Shown: positions 40,478-50,660 of the stretch, piece by piece
Layout of the letters: each line of letters begins with the position of its first letter
Position numbering within the stretch: the stretch's first letter is position 1
DNA from: a virus
Taxonomy: Duplodnaviria > Caudoviricetes
Strand: one strand, 5' to 3'
Length of the DNA stretch: 57,195 nucleotides
IMG/VR virus record: IMGVR_UViG_3300042544_000814
Location: 1 to 57,195 of that record
Translations under genes and position numbers: made by a program
Notes under the pieces: generated by a model
The model's input: only the letters and a program-made list of their open reading frames with translations
Database searches by the model: none
Told to the model about the DNA's origin: nothing

Positions 40478-41002
40478 TTACTTGCCAAACTCCTGAGCAA
40501 CCTCTTCTGGTGTTGCTAGTCGAATGTGACCCCTTGTAAGCCACTGGTCAGCCTGTTCCTTGGTTACGATGTTGTAGCCACGGTATACCTTGCCAACTCC
40601 AGGCCAAGAAACATTCTTGCTTGAGTGGACGGCAACCTTTTCAGGCTTTGCCTCTTCATTCTGCGTCTTAACAGATGGCTTACGCTTAACGGTTCCAGTG
40701 CCAATAACACCGTTAGCAACTCCAGTTAGGCCTGATGCAAGATCGGAAGGCTTTGCCTTATTTTGTGATGCAGAAGAGATGACCTTTGTGTCCTCTACTT
40801 CTTCAACAACAGAAACCTTTGCAGCTAGGTTAAATTTTTCAACAACCTCTTCAACCTTTGTCTCTGGTACTTCTTCTACTACAGATTCTGTAGCAATCTC
40901 TTCTACAAGTGCCTTAAATTCCTCAACTTTTTCTGCTGGGATTACAGCCTCACCATCAGCCAATACTGCTGGGATGACATCATTTGCATTTTCTTCTGAC
41001 AT
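40478..41002 (-). CDS. Hypothetical head-region protein
   Basis: RBS AGGAGG; acidic linker; N-terminal DVIPAVLADGEAVIP motif shared with the TMP. Confidence 0.75.
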   Translation of the reverse strand: MSEENANDVIPAVLADGEAVIPAEKVEEFKALVEEIATESVVEEVPETKVEEVVEKFNLAAKVSVVEEVEDTKVISSASQNKAKPSDLASGLTGVANGVIGTGTVKRKPSVKTQNEEAKPEKVAVHSSKNVSWPGVGKVYRGYNIVTKEQADQWLTRGHIRLATPEEVAQEFGK

Positions 41003-41027
41003 AATTCCTCCTGTCGTTATTCAATTA

Positions 41028-41036
41028 ATTATAACA
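41028..41036 (-). promoter_or_regulatory. Extended -10 promoter TGTTATAAT
   Basis: Downstream of the capsid terminator. Confidence 0.6.
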
Positions 41037-41047
41037 GATTAAATGGT

Positions 41048-41076
41048 AAGAGGGCAGGAGCTAGATGCCCCTGCCC
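41048..41076 (-). terminator. Terminator-like hairpin after major capsid
   Basis: Minus strand GGGCAGGGGC-ATCTA-GCTCCTGCCC-TCTT. Confidence 0.7.
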
Positions 41077-41099
41077 CCTCAAAGGTTTGCTACAGATTT

Positions 41100-42230
41100 T
41101 TAGCTATCTGAAGCAGCGTCAGCGAACGCAATAGCGTCCTCTTCCTCCCACTGTACACCAAAGCGTACGAATACAGTATATTCTACTGTGTCCTTCTTTG
41201 GCTTGTACTCACGGTTTACGGTGATGTCCCTCTGGAATCCCCATACACGGTTCTGTGGGAATGTGAGGTCAACGTAGCCATCTGGGTAGTAAGGAACTTC
41301 CTGTACGTCGATGCCTAGAACACGGGTAGTGCGAGCACCACCGAATGTCTGACCAGCTCCGTCTAGGTAAGCCTGGGTGTTAGCCTGGGTGTTACCGTTC
41401 TTGCCAAGAGCCTCGGCAATTGCATCGGATAGTGTACCGTTGTTCTTAACGATACCCTGGAATGCGTCAGTACCTGCGTAGAACTTCAAGTTAGACTTGA
41501 TTGCACGGTACTTACGTGGCATTGCCAAGATGATCTGCTGCATTACTTCTGGAGTCCATGCGTTGTCAGCTACTGTTACTAGTGCCTCGTGTGCATCTCC
41601 ATTGGTCGTTACACGGTTAACAAAACCTTCCATAATGTTAAGGAATGCGTTGCTACCAGTGCCAGTACCATTGATTGCTAGGTCTTCGATGTCATTTGCA
41701 AAAGCGTTTGTCATCAAACGAACTAGGTGGTCCTCAAGAGCAGCACCTTCGATGCCATCTTCTAGAGCCTCAGCTGAGACCTCCCAGTCAAGACGGATCT
41801 TCTTGGTTGTTAGCTCTACCTTTGAGAACTGAGCACCAGTGTTTTCGTAGTTACCGATTGCCTGTGCAGCAGCACGGATAACCCTCTCTCCAACATTGAC
41901 CTTCTCGAGTTCCATTGTGTTGGCTCGCATAGTTACACGACGACCATCCTTGGCGAGTACAGTTGCATCCCATACGTAGTCAATAAAACGACGTGCCTGT
42001 TCAGGGCGTAGAATACCACTGCCTGCATCACCCGAAGGATTTACAGCATTTGGTCCAGTTGTTAGACCATATTCAGCGTTTGGAATGTTACCTAGTGTGT
42101 TTAGACCTGGGTCTGATACACCACCAATGCCACCAGATGCGAAAGCACCCTGACCTTGATATAGACCAGGAGCAGTGCCACCTAGTTCACCAGATTCTCC
42201 TGGCTGATTTTTAATAATCTCTTCCGACAT
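41100..42230 (-). CDS. Major capsid protein (HK97 fold)
   Basis: GILRPEQARRFID, EVSAEALED, DIEDLAING, YTVFVRFG. RBS AGGAGG; follows the protease gene. Confidence 0.92.
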   Translation of the reverse strand: MSEEIIKNQPGESGELGGTAPGLYQGQGAFASGGIGGVSDPGLNTLGNIPNAEYGLTTGPNAVNPSGDAGSGILRPEQARRFIDYVWDATVLAKDGRRVTMRANTMELEKVNVGERVIRAAAQAIGNYENTGAQFSKVELTTKKIRLDWEVSAEALEDGIEGAALEDHLVRLMTNAFANDIEDLAINGTGTGSNAFLNIMEGFVNRVTTNGDAHEALVTVADNAWTPEVMQQIILAMPRKYRAIKSNLKFYAGTDAFQGIVKNNGTLSDAIAEALGKNGNTQANTQAYLDGAGQTFGGARTTRVLGIDVQEVPYYPDGYVDLTFPQNRVWGFQRDITVNREYKPKKDTVEYTVFVRFGVQWEEEDAIAFADAASDS

Positions 42231-42256
42231 ATTGTCACCTCCTAAGTGATTGTTAC

Positions 42257-43609
42257 TTAATTAAATAAGTCGGCAGTTTTGAGGAAACGTCCGCCCCATA
42301 GGGATTTTTCAACCTTTTCTGGTTGTTCCTGTACAATCTCTCCGAGATCGCCAGACTTACGGAAAGCGGTGTCAGCCTCTACAGCGTCTACCCTCTTTCC
42401 AAAATTATCAAACTCTGATGCTGCCTGTGCTAGCTCACCCTTTACAGATGTAAGCTCGCCCTTTACAACACCTAGAGACTTGTTTAGCTCAGATACCTGC
42501 TCGTGTAGAGACTTTACGGTATCTGCTAGATCGCTAAAGGCTGATGTTAGAGTATTCTTGATGTCAGCTACTGCGTCAACAATAACATCATCTGACTTCG
42601 ATACCTCTTCTTCAGCAGACTTGTCCACGTCTTCAGACTTCATTGCTTCGTCTTTATCCATGTCATCAGACTTCTTCTCTTCATCCATAGACTTCTCGTC
42701 CATAGACTTTTCCTCGTCCATGGACTTTTCGTCCATAGTCTTGTCTTCGGAATAGCCCTTCTCTACTGCTTCGGCATCTGCCTCTGGAGCGACCTGTGTT
42801 TCTTCAACTACGTCGTCGTTTTTTACGACATCTTCAGTTGCTTCGTTCATAGGACTTGCCTCCTTCGTCATCTTAGAAAGATTAATGCCTTTAGCACTAT
42901 CAACTAAGAACTTTATCATTTCTGTTTTTTCGTCATCATTCTTTTCAACGAAACCTATGTTCTTCATCTGGCTGCCATTAATTGGACTTACCTCTGCGTC
43001 TAAGTCAGATACCTTTACGATACCGCTTTCGCTATCCCAGAAGACATTTTCGAATTCTACATCTAGGTTGTCACCCTTGATCATATCTACACCGTCTACT
43101 TTCTCTACAGACAAAATATTTGCAAACTGGTTGGCTGGATTATCTACAAGAGATAGCTCTACCAAGTCATAATCTTTGATAATCCTGATTGACTTATCCA
43201 TCTTCTCGTCATAAGCGTCATCCCACTTATTCATTCGGCCACCGATAGAAAAACCAGAAAGGGTTCCATCTAGAACCTTCTCCCAGGTATCCTGAGCACC
43301 CTTTGAAACATAGGCAGAAACGTAAACACCAGAGAAGAATTTCTTCGACTCTGGATCAAAATACTTGTCTTCCTTAAAGGAAACCATTTTGCCAACAGAT
43401 AGTGGCTGGTGCATTTCACGAATGTTGCCACGGAACTTTGCGAATGCCTTTAGAGATGCATCGGTAGTAACGATATCTGACTGCTTGTCAACGTTATCAA
43501 GTGTGGCAAATCCTGAGACAATACGTCTCTCTGAATCGACCTTGCTAAAAGGCATCGAGAGTCGAACATTCTCACCCTCGGTGTCCCAGTGAACCTTTGA
43601 TATAGTCAT
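42257..43609 (-). CDS. Prohead maturation protease fused to scaffold
   Basis: RIVSGFAT..NVDKQSD, REMH, GFSIGG, LVELSLVDNPAN; acidic/coiled-coil C-terminal half. Confidence 0.9.
   Translation of the reverse strand: MTISKVHWDTEGENVRLSMPFSKVDSERRIVSGFATLDNVDKQSDIVTTDASLKAFAKFRGNIREMHQPLSVGKMVSFKEDKYFDPESKKFFSGVYVSAYVSKGAQDTWEKVLDGTLSGFSIGGRMNKWDDAYDEKMDKSIRIIKDYDLVELSLVDNPANQFANILSVEKVDGVDMIKGDNLDVEFENVFWDSESGIVKVSDLDAEVSPINGSQMKNIGFVEKNDDEKTEMIKFLVDSAKGINLSKMTKEASPMNEATEDVVKNDDVVEETQVAPEADAEAVEKGYSEDKTMDEKSMDEEKSMDEKSMDEEKKSDDMDKDEAMKSEDVDKSAEEEVSKSDDVIVDAVADIKNTLTSAFSDLADTVKSLHEQVSELNKSLGVVKGELTSVKGELAQAASEFDNFGKRVDAVEADTAFRKSGDLGEIVQEQPEKVEKSLWGGRFLKTADLFN
42672..42742 (-). repeat. Tandem K(S/T)MDE(E) coding repeat
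   Basis: KTMDE-KSMDEE-KSMDE-KSMDEE-KKS in the scaffold linker. Confidence 0.85.
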
Positions 43610-43642
43610 ACTACCTTAATTATAATACACGTTTTATGAAAT

Positions 43643-43672
43643 TGTTATAATTGCCAATAAACAATTATAACA
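43643..43672. promoter_or_regulatory. Perfect 11-bp inverted repeat of the extended -10 motif
   Basis: TGTTATAATTG-ccaataaa-CAATTATAACA between portal and protease. A further TATAAT lies at 43619-43624 on the minus strand. Confidence 0.65.
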
Positions 43673-43674
43673 CA

Positions 43675-45303
43675 TTATTCTGAAGAACTACCCTCGCCCT
43701 GGGCATTTCGTCCAGAAACTGTTGATGGACTGTCAGAATTATTATTAGTTCTTTCAGTATCACGCTGCCTGCTCTGTGCCGTATTGGCTCTAGTATCCGC
43801 TGCCTGACGAGACGACATTTCAAAAGGCTCGTCGCCGTCTGATCTTTGTGGTAGTCCAAGAACCTCACGTGCCTCGTTAGGGACCATAATCTGAGTCTTA
43901 ACGTAACGCTCTAGAATCTGAGACTGAGTAATCTCATCAGTTAGAGTTAGCTCATTAAACTTAAGCTCTAGGATGTCTGTCTTTTCCTTGATAATTCTGC
44001 TGATAAGCTTCTCAATGTTTCTCTGCATTGGTCTAGCTACCTGCTCCTTAAAGGTACGATCCTGAGATAGCGAAGCTGCAATATTTGACGCATCGCTACC
44101 ACCTATCTTAGATAGCGGTACCTGGTGAGCAATCAGGATGTCATCACGGTTACGTAGTCGATACTCATTAAACGATGCCTCTTGAACTCCATTCTCAATT
44201 GGCTTCATCTCGAACTCTACCTTGTTTGTGTCAGAGTCTCCTGGCAAAGGAATGTATAGGGTTCTGTGCGACTGCCCCTTCAGGTTAGTCTGAAGGAATC
44301 TAAACAGCTTGTCCTCTGCATCAGAAGATAGTTTTGCACCCTTAAGTGTTACAACGTAGCGTGGCACAGCCTTATTGCTAAAGTAGTCAATGTTGTACTG
44401 TGATGCTAGCTGATCTCCATGTAGGGAGGATACTGCAGACATGATATCTGGAATACCGTAATAAGTGTTTAATGGAGAGTACTGCTTAAAGTGAATAATC
44501 TCATTTGGTCTTGGATCTCCAGTTATGGGGTTTGCATTCTTTGCCCCAAAGTTTCTAAAGTAAACAACCTTTTGACCAATAATCTGAACAAAGCCATCTT
44601 TAAGTCTACGAACACGCATAGTTGTAGCTGGAATGTGACCAACGTAACCAATCTCACCACGAATAGTTCTACCAATTTCAAGGTAGCCATTTCCAGTTGC
44701 CTCGTAATCAGTTAGCACTTTCATCATTACATTGGTAAAAGACTCTTCGTCATTGAGGTTTTCAATCCAGTCACGCATCTCAATCTTCATGCGTTCGATT
44801 CTCTTACGTGCCTTGTCCCTGGCTGAATCGTTATCATTAGACTCAAGGGCCATCATTGTTCTGTCAGAAACATGGAAGTCGTAGCCAAGACCAACGATGT
44901 TCTCTACCTTAGCATCAATGGCTGCGTGGTTTGCAAAAGAGGTGTCATAGAAGTTGGCTAGCTCATACAGATTCCAAGGAGGAGTAATTACATCAAACAT
45001 GCCGTAGCCGTTACGATAAACTGTACCTGGATTTATTTCCTTAGAGGTGGCACCGTCAACACCACGATTTACCGCCAAGGCACTATCTAGGTATACCGCT
45101 GAGTCTGTTCTTACATCATTTGGAATTGCCATATCATAGGCTTTTGCCATTCTGTCAGTACGACGCTTAAAGTTTTTATCCATTCCAGCTAGTGACTTTA
45201 GATCATCCCAGCTCTTGTTAAATGGATCCTGTGCCTTAAAGATATCTTCTTGCTTTTCCAAATCTGGTAAGCCAATATCTCTGATGTAGTAGTCTTCGGC
45301 CAT
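43675..45303 (-). CDS. Portal protein
   Basis: DYEATGNGYLEI, NEIIHFK..YYGIP, AHQVPLSKIG, VPNEAREVLGLP. Confidence 0.93.
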   Translation of the reverse strand: MAEDYYIRDIGLPDLEKQEDIFKAQDPFNKSWDDLKSLAGMDKNFKRRTDRMAKAYDMAIPNDVRTDSAVYLDSALAVNRGVDGATSKEINPGTVYRNGYGMFDVITPPWNLYELANFYDTSFANHAAIDAKVENIVGLGYDFHVSDRTMMALESNDNDSARDKARKRIERMKIEMRDWIENLNDEESFTNVMMKVLTDYEATGNGYLEIGRTIRGEIGYVGHIPATTMRVRRLKDGFVQIIGQKVVYFRNFGAKNANPITGDPRPNEIIHFKQYSPLNTYYGIPDIMSAVSSLHGDQLASQYNIDYFSNKAVPRYVVTLKGAKLSSDAEDKLFRFLQTNLKGQSHRTLYIPLPGDSDTNKVEFEMKPIENGVQEASFNEYRLRNRDDILIAHQVPLSKIGGSDASNIAASLSQDRTFKEQVARPMQRNIEKLISRIIKEKTDILELKFNELTLTDEITQSQILERYVKTQIMVPNEAREVLGLPQRSDGDEPFEMSSRQAADTRANTAQSRQRDTERTNNNSDSPSTVSGRNAQGEGSSSE

Positions 45304-45671
45304 TAGCCTTCATCTCCATATAGTTCTAGTGTCTTTTTAGCAGCAGCAACAGCACCAAGATCATTAAGGTTAGGGATTAGACCATTCTTCATTCTGTCTA
45401 CTTGCTCCGCATACTCATCATCTGATACCCTGCTCACTCCTGGCATAAACTCATAAGAGCCGTCCCCCTGGCCCAAGTTTGTAGCTTCGTTAACAAGTTT
45501 TTGAATTTGTATTGCATCTCCACGATGCGAAGGAATATTTAAAACACTTCCGTTGCCATCTGTAAATGGCTTTCCGTTAGCCTTTTTCCAAAAATAAATC
45601 CCCCAGTCGTACTGCTTATCTAAAACAGTTATCTTGGAATTACCAATTTCATTAGGATTTTGTAGTTTCAT
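45303..45671 (-). CDS. Hypothetical protein upstream of portal
   Basis: Coupled to the portal gene; start MKLQN lies 7 nt after the -10. Confidence 0.75.
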   Translation of the reverse strand: MKLQNPNEIGNSKITVLDKQYDWGIYFWKKANGKPFTDGNGSVLNIPSHRGDAIQIQKLVNEATNLGQGDGSYEFMPGVSRVSDDEYAEQVDRMKNGLIPNLNDLGAVAAAKKTLELYGDEG

Positions 45672-45678
45672 AACCACC

Positions 45679-45687
45679 AGTATACCA
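45679..45687 (-). promoter_or_regulatory. Extended -10 promoter TGGTATACT (leaderless start)
   Basis: Motif lies inside a 9-bp inverted repeat ACCAGTATA / TATACTGGT (45676-45699). Confidence 0.55.
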
Positions 45688-45689
45688 TA

Positions 45690-48600
45690 CTATACTGGTT
45701 TTTGAATATTGGATATCCACGATACATTAGTATAAGCAGTATAAGAGTAGTCACCAAAAATTAAGTCTTCTCCGTCATCAACAATAATCTTGTTTGTTCC
45801 AGTGTATGCCTTATATACATCAGATGGGTCTACTCCGTAATAGCTGGTTGAGCTTACTACCAATACGCTGTTGTTTCCGCCCCACAAATATGGAATGATG
45901 TTCCAGTAGTTCCAATCCAATATTAGAGAGCCTGCCTTTTTAACCTTAAACCATGGTCTAAAAATTCTTGTCTGTACCTCTTGAAGGTTTGTAGACTTAT
46001 AGTATGAGATATTGTTTACGGTTAATGGTCCAGTAATTCTGAATGCACCACTATAGTTATTAAAGTCTTGAGTATTTGCAAAACCAATACCTAGCATAGC
46101 CCACTCTTTTATGGTTATGTATGGATCTTTGACGATCTTGCCATTAACGTAAAATGCAATTCCGCTTTCGAGCTTACCCTTTTCATTTATCGCATATATT
46201 CTAGCTCTTTTGCCAGATGGGTGAGCTGCAACCATATATACTCTAATATAAGAGTTTTTGCTTTGAATCTCAAATATTTGAGTTGGTGCAAATGGGAATA
46301 GGTCTTGATCAAATCTCATAGATAGCTGCATAGCTATAACCTTGTAGTTATCGGAAGATTCTGGATTGATTGGCACAGATATACCACGATTAACTATTGG
46401 GTCATACTCTCCCTTTATTGTAATTCCGCTATCACGAGTCAGATATAAATACGGGGTACTCTTCTTGTATATTGAAAATGGATTTCTTGTCTTATAGGTG
46501 AAGTAGAATCCATCTTTTCTGTACGGAAATATGTCATTTCCAAACCTAGTTCCAATTGGGGTTGGGCCTGTGTCTGAAAGAGATAGGGACGCATACTCTA
46601 AAGTTTTAATTTGGATTGGTGCATCAGATACGCTTGACGAAGACATCTCTATGTGGGTAACAAGAGCTAAATTTTCAAAGCTTACTGATTGTGGAGGATA
46701 GATAACCACTCCATCCACTACCTCATAAGCTGTGGTTAGCCAGCTATCTCCTGGTGATACGATGCCGCTTTTTGGAGCCAACTCAAACTGAGAGTATGAC
46801 GATAAAGGAGTGTTAGCCCCGTCTGAGAGTAGCTGAAAGGTAATATACGTCTTTACTACTGAGTTCGATGTGTCGTACTTGTAGGTATCTACTGCCCTAT
46901 TTTTTAAATCGTCATAATTGTTAAAACCAGTAAATAAACTATTGTCTAACGAGGTGTACTCTCTTTGTATAGGAACAGAGTACTCTTCCTTAAGCTCTTC
47001 ATAGGACCAGCTTCCTGTGGTTTCCTCTTGTATAAACTTTGATGGTGCTGGATAGTTAATGTTAAACTGAATAAAGTCTAGGTCTAGACGTTCGTCTCCC
47101 CTTGAGTCTAGTGAGTTTTTTGCAAACACCGATAGAGGAATGTAATCTTCCCAGTAAGAATCAGCACCAACAACCACCTTAAACCCAGAAAGAGTGTCTT
47201 GTGCAGAAATATAGTAGCTTGCCATGTGACCATTAATTATAGACTGAGCGTATGATCCAAAAGTACCTCCGTCATAAACAAAGTCAAATATTGCACTGGA
47301 TGTAACGTCTTCTCCAGCATCTATAAGCTGTTGAATATAGTTTGCATCGATAAATTCATCCCAGACTATAGTTCCGTCAAAATAAAATGCAGAAGATATC
47401 TTTGAAGCATTTTTGCTTGAGCTAAACCCTACACCATAGAAGTTTCCAGAGAAGGTACTAGTGAAATCTTTTCTGCCACCTACATATATAGATGAAGATG
47501 AGAGCTTTCCAAAAAATTGAGCCGCTTCTCCTCCATAATAGTCAGAGAATTTAGAGATATCTACACCAACAATGAACTTTTCACCAACGCCGTCAAACTC
47601 TTTGGTCTTAGATGCTATTACAGTTTGACCAGTTGGAGAACCTACAATATAATCAATAGTGCTTGGGGTTATAACTACCTCAAAGTATGACTGAGTGGCA
47701 GCATCCTCTATCATAAAAATTGTCTGGTTCTGGCTTGATGAAGCCTTCTCTTTACAAATTGCATAAAACATTTTTGGAATAGTGGCATCAATTGTTAGGT
47801 TATCTATAATCAAATACCCCTGGGAGTTTTGCCATTCTGATGATGGCCTAAGAGATATAAAGGACTCTTGCTCATTCTGACTGGATTCTAAGCCTTCGTT
47901 CCATTCTGACTCTGTTTTATTATTAAATACTGCTCTTGGCTTTTGGTATTCTGGAAAGCCAATAGAGTTTCCGCTAACAAGTATATTGTCGTATGTTGCC
48001 CTATTCCACTTGCCTATCCTTGGGTATGAATAATTCTTTGAATATTTAGAGAACGGATAATCAATAAATACTGAACTACCACTATAGGCATTATTGATAT
48101 TTTCTGGGAATTCGACACCCTGGCCATAAACAAATCGTCTTTTTGCTACTTGGTTAGGAACCTTGTATCCGTATATTGCAATAGCGTCTATCTCAAATGG
48201 GTATACGTCGTCATGTGGGTAAAATCCAATCCAGTCATTATCTAGTTGGGTATCTGAGTATCTGTCTGGAAATACAAGATTTTCTGAATCGATGAATGCC
48301 TGGCCAACCTGCTCTCCATTGATCAGTAGACTTATCTCTGAAGATGAATATCTTACATGCACTAGCATTGGCCTGTACCACTCACCAACGAAATGCCTTA
48401 TTACGTTATCTCCTATTTTTAAAGATAGAAATGGGCCATTCACATATAGGCCGTCTTGTCCACGAATATTGCCGACAATTCTTTTTTCTTCATTAGTATC
48501 GGATGCTACTCTCATCCAAAATTCTAAGCTATACTCTTTGTGCTTTCCAGACTCATTCAAAAACCCTAGGGATGGAACTATCAGAGATGGGATATTTCCA

Positions 48601-49388
48601 GACCTTTGAAGAATTGTTAGGTTTGATCCTCCAAATACCATTGGGATACTGGAGTTTTTTGCAGCTAGAGTATTTTTCCTAACAAGGTAGTATCCATCTA
48701 AAGACTGTAGTCCATAAGATTTTGCAGGAATACCCTTGATTCCAGATGCACCGAATATGTCTGTGTCTATAGACTCTGGCATGACTCCTAGAGACGACGC
48801 ATTAAATTCTTCAGACCACTGACCCAAAGTTATTCCATTCACTAAGAAGTCGTATTCGGTCTCTGGTGGGGCAGCAAAAAATCTAGCACCAATGACTATC
48901 CTAATATTAGTGTCTTGTGGTCTAGGATTAAATGTATCTGATAGAAATATCCAGCTCTTATAAATTTCAGTAGAAAAAAACTTTACGTCCCTAATGGTTT
49001 CTCCACTTACAGTGTCAAAGTATTCATACCCTAGATCAAAACCGCTTATGTACTCTGTGTCTGCATATACGAATGCCCCAATAGAAAAACTTGATAGATT
49101 TTTATCCAGATCATCAAGTGATACGATATCTGGACTAATGCATTCTACAGAAAAGTCTTGCTCTGATAATGTACCAGAAATCCTGGAGGTAGTGCTTTCT
49201 GGAAATGGCTCATCTATAACAAAGAGTTCTGCTGACGCTGTTGCGTTGGTTATATCCCAGCCATCGGAGATGTCTCTTTGCTCTTCTGATATTAAGGATA
49301 TATAGTCTGACACATCATCCAGTGCCCAAAAGGCTATTGGATGCTCTGAAAATACTTTTTCAGCATAAAGATTAGAAGGAATAGACAT
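45690..49388 (-). CDS. Large virion protein with ConA/LamG-like lectin folds
   Basis: YAEKVFSEHPIAFWALDD start, YSLEFW...LLINGEQVG...IDAIAIY; 1232 aa, beta-rich. Confidence 0.7.
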   Translation of the reverse strand: MSIPSNLYAEKVFSEHPIAFWALDDVSDYISLISEEQRDISDGWDITNATASAELFVIDEPFPESTTSRISGTLSEQDFSVECISPDIVSLDDLDKNLSSFSIGAFVYADTEYISGFDLGYEYFDTVSGETIRDVKFFSTEIYKSWIFLSDTFNPRPQDTNIRIVIGARFFAAPPETEYDFLVNGITLGQWSEEFNASSLGVMPESIDTDIFGASGIKGIPAKSYGLQSLDGYYLVRKNTLAAKNSSIPMVFGGSNLTILQRSGNIPSLIVPSLGFLNESGKHKEYSLEFWMRVASDTNEEKRIVGNIRGQDGLYVNGPFLSLKIGDNVIRHFVGEWYRPMLVHVRYSSSEISLLINGEQVGQAFIDSENLVFPDRYSDTQLDNDWIGFYPHDDVYPFEIDAIAIYGYKVPNQVAKRRFVYGQGVEFPENINNAYSGSSVFIDYPFSKYSKNYSYPRIGKWNRATYDNILVSGNSIGFPEYQKPRAVFNNKTESEWNEGLESSQNEQESFISLRPSSEWQNSQGYLIIDNLTIDATIPKMFYAICKEKASSSQNQTIFMIEDAATQSYFEVVITPSTIDYIVGSPTGQTVIASKTKEFDGVGEKFIVGVDISKFSDYYGGEAAQFFGKLSSSSIYVGGRKDFTSTFSGNFYGVGFSSSKNASKISSAFYFDGTIVWDEFIDANYIQQLIDAGEDVTSSAIFDFVYDGGTFGSYAQSIINGHMASYYISAQDTLSGFKVVVGADSYWEDYIPLSVFAKNSLDSRGDERLDLDFIQFNINYPAPSKFIQEETTGSWSYEELKEEYSVPIQREYTSLDNSLFTGFNNYDDLKNRAVDTYKYDTSNSVVKTYITFQLLSDGANTPLSSYSQFELAPKSGIVSPGDSWLTTAYEVVDGVVIYPPQSVSFENLALVTHIEMSSSSVSDAPIQIKTLEYASLSLSDTGPTPIGTRFGNDIFPYRKDGFYFTYKTRNPFSIYKKSTPYLYLTRDSGITIKGEYDPIVNRGISVPINPESSDNYKVIAMQLSMRFDQDLFPFAPTQIFEIQSKNSYIRVYMVAAHPSGKRARIYAINEKGKLESGIAFYVNGKIVKDPYITIKEWAMLGIGFANTQDFNNYSGAFRITGPLTVNNISYYKSTNLQEVQTRIFRPWFKVKKAGSLILDWNYWNIIPYLWGGNNSVLVVSSTSYYGVDPSDVYKAYTGTNKIIVDDGEDLIFGDYSYTAYTNVSWISNIQKPV

Positions 49389-49402
49389 GATTCACCATGT
49401 AT

Positions 49403-49411
49403 AGTTTACCA
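49403..49411 (-). promoter_or_regulatory. Extended -10 promoter TGGTAAACT
   Basis: TGnTAnnnT in the gap before 49388. Confidence 0.5.
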
Positions 49412-49415
49412 CACA

Positions 49416-50009
49416 CTATTTTTCTAAATGCCAAAAAGCTGGTGACATATACTTGATTCCACTAGCTATTGGCATGGACTCATGATAGAAAGGTGGCACG
49501 GATGGAAAGATTATCAAACTTCCAGCTTTTGGCTTTATTTTTACCCCTTGCTCTGAAAAGCTAATCTCTCCCCCAGAGTAGTTATCATTTAGGTAAAGAA
49601 CAGCAGATATATTTTCTGTAGTTGGCTCTGGGCCTGAATCTGTGTGAGGTCCCATAGATGCCCCAGTAAAGTATTTGCTTATGCTAATTGGCATCTGAAC
49701 CCCCAGATCAACGTTTAGCTTTTCTGCATAGTCCTTGCCGTATACGGACAGAGTCCTTGTTAATACATCATACGCATCACGAATTTTACCGCTAGCAGAG
49801 TCATAAAATGAGACATCTGTTGTTTTTCTTTTTCCAAAGACATAGGAGTCTCCACTTGACATCCAGGTATGCCACTTAGAGATAAGAGATTCTTCTGATA
49901 TATAGGAGTCTGTGCTTTCTATAAGATACACAAGCTCTTCTGGGTTTGGTATTACGGACTCATAATAAAATATTTTTTCCGCAAAAACTTTAGGACTTTT
50001 TAGTCTCAT
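49416..50009 (-). CDS. 2OG-Fe(II) dioxygenase, prolyl-4-hydroxylase-like (6 of 6)
   Basis: HTD...YLNDNYSGGEI...YHE...GIKY. Confidence 0.9.
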   Translation of the reverse strand: MRLKSPKVFAEKIFYYESVIPNPEELVYLIESTDSYISEESLISKWHTWMSSGDSYVFGKRKTTDVSFYDSASGKIRDAYDVLTRTLSVYGKDYAEKLNVDLGVQMPISISKYFTGASMGPHTDSGPEPTTENISAVLYLNDNYSGGEISFSEQGVKIKPKAGSLIIFPSVPPFYHESMPIASGIKYMSPAFWHLEK

Positions 50010-50655
50010 TTCCCCACTCTTCCTTTTGCTTGTCTTGCTTAGGCTGCTCTGAACGCTTTAGCATTTCTAACTCCTCAAGGAATCCTTCTGGATATTCAAT
50101 ATCTGCGTAGTCCCACGATAATAGCATGGTATATCTTTCTCCAGAGGTAACCTCAGTTACTGCATGAACATTATCGATACCAACATCAAACACAATTGCG
50201 GTTCCAGCCTTTGGGGCAATAGAGATTTCGTGATCCCTAAACTTTAGGTTTCCACCTTCATAGTTGTCATTAAGATAAATAATTGTGACAAGCTTATTGT
50301 CTTGCCAAGCATTTGGAGTACCGTCTAGCTCTGCATTATCGGCATGGTATCCTGCGTAGGCACCTGGAAGCCATTTATGTGCACTTAGGGTGAGGTTTCG
50401 GACTGGTCTGCCCATAACATCTTCAGCGACTTCTTTTAGGGAATGTCTTAGTTCATGGAAAAAGTTTGGATTAAACAGTTCAATGTCAAGCTCGTTTTTA
50501 GGTCCGTTTGGATCCATTACACGAGCATTAAAAAAACAAGTTTTTTGCCACAAAGAGTCTCCAGCATCATAATAATCTATAAGCTTTTCACACTCTTCGC
50601 TTGATAAAAAGTTAGGTATTTCTACTACATCCTGCTTATGAACAATTTTTTCCAT
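49990..50655 (-). CDS. 2OG-Fe(II) dioxygenase, P4H-like (5 of 6)
   Basis: IPNFLSSEEC, HAD...YLNDNYEGGNL...VHAV...GERY. Confidence 0.92.
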   Translation of the reverse strand: MEKIVHKQDVVEIPNFLSSEECEKLIDYYDAGDSLWQKTCFFNARVMDPNGPKNELDIELFNPNFFHELRHSLKEVAEDVMGRPVRNLTLSAHKWLPGAYAGYHADNAELDGTPNAWQDNKLVTIIYLNDNYEGGNLKFRDHEISIAPKAGTAIVFDVGIDNVHAVTEVTSGERYTMLLSWDYADIEYPEGFLEELEMLKRSEQPKQDKQKEEWGNETKKS

Positions 50656-50660
50656 AATGA

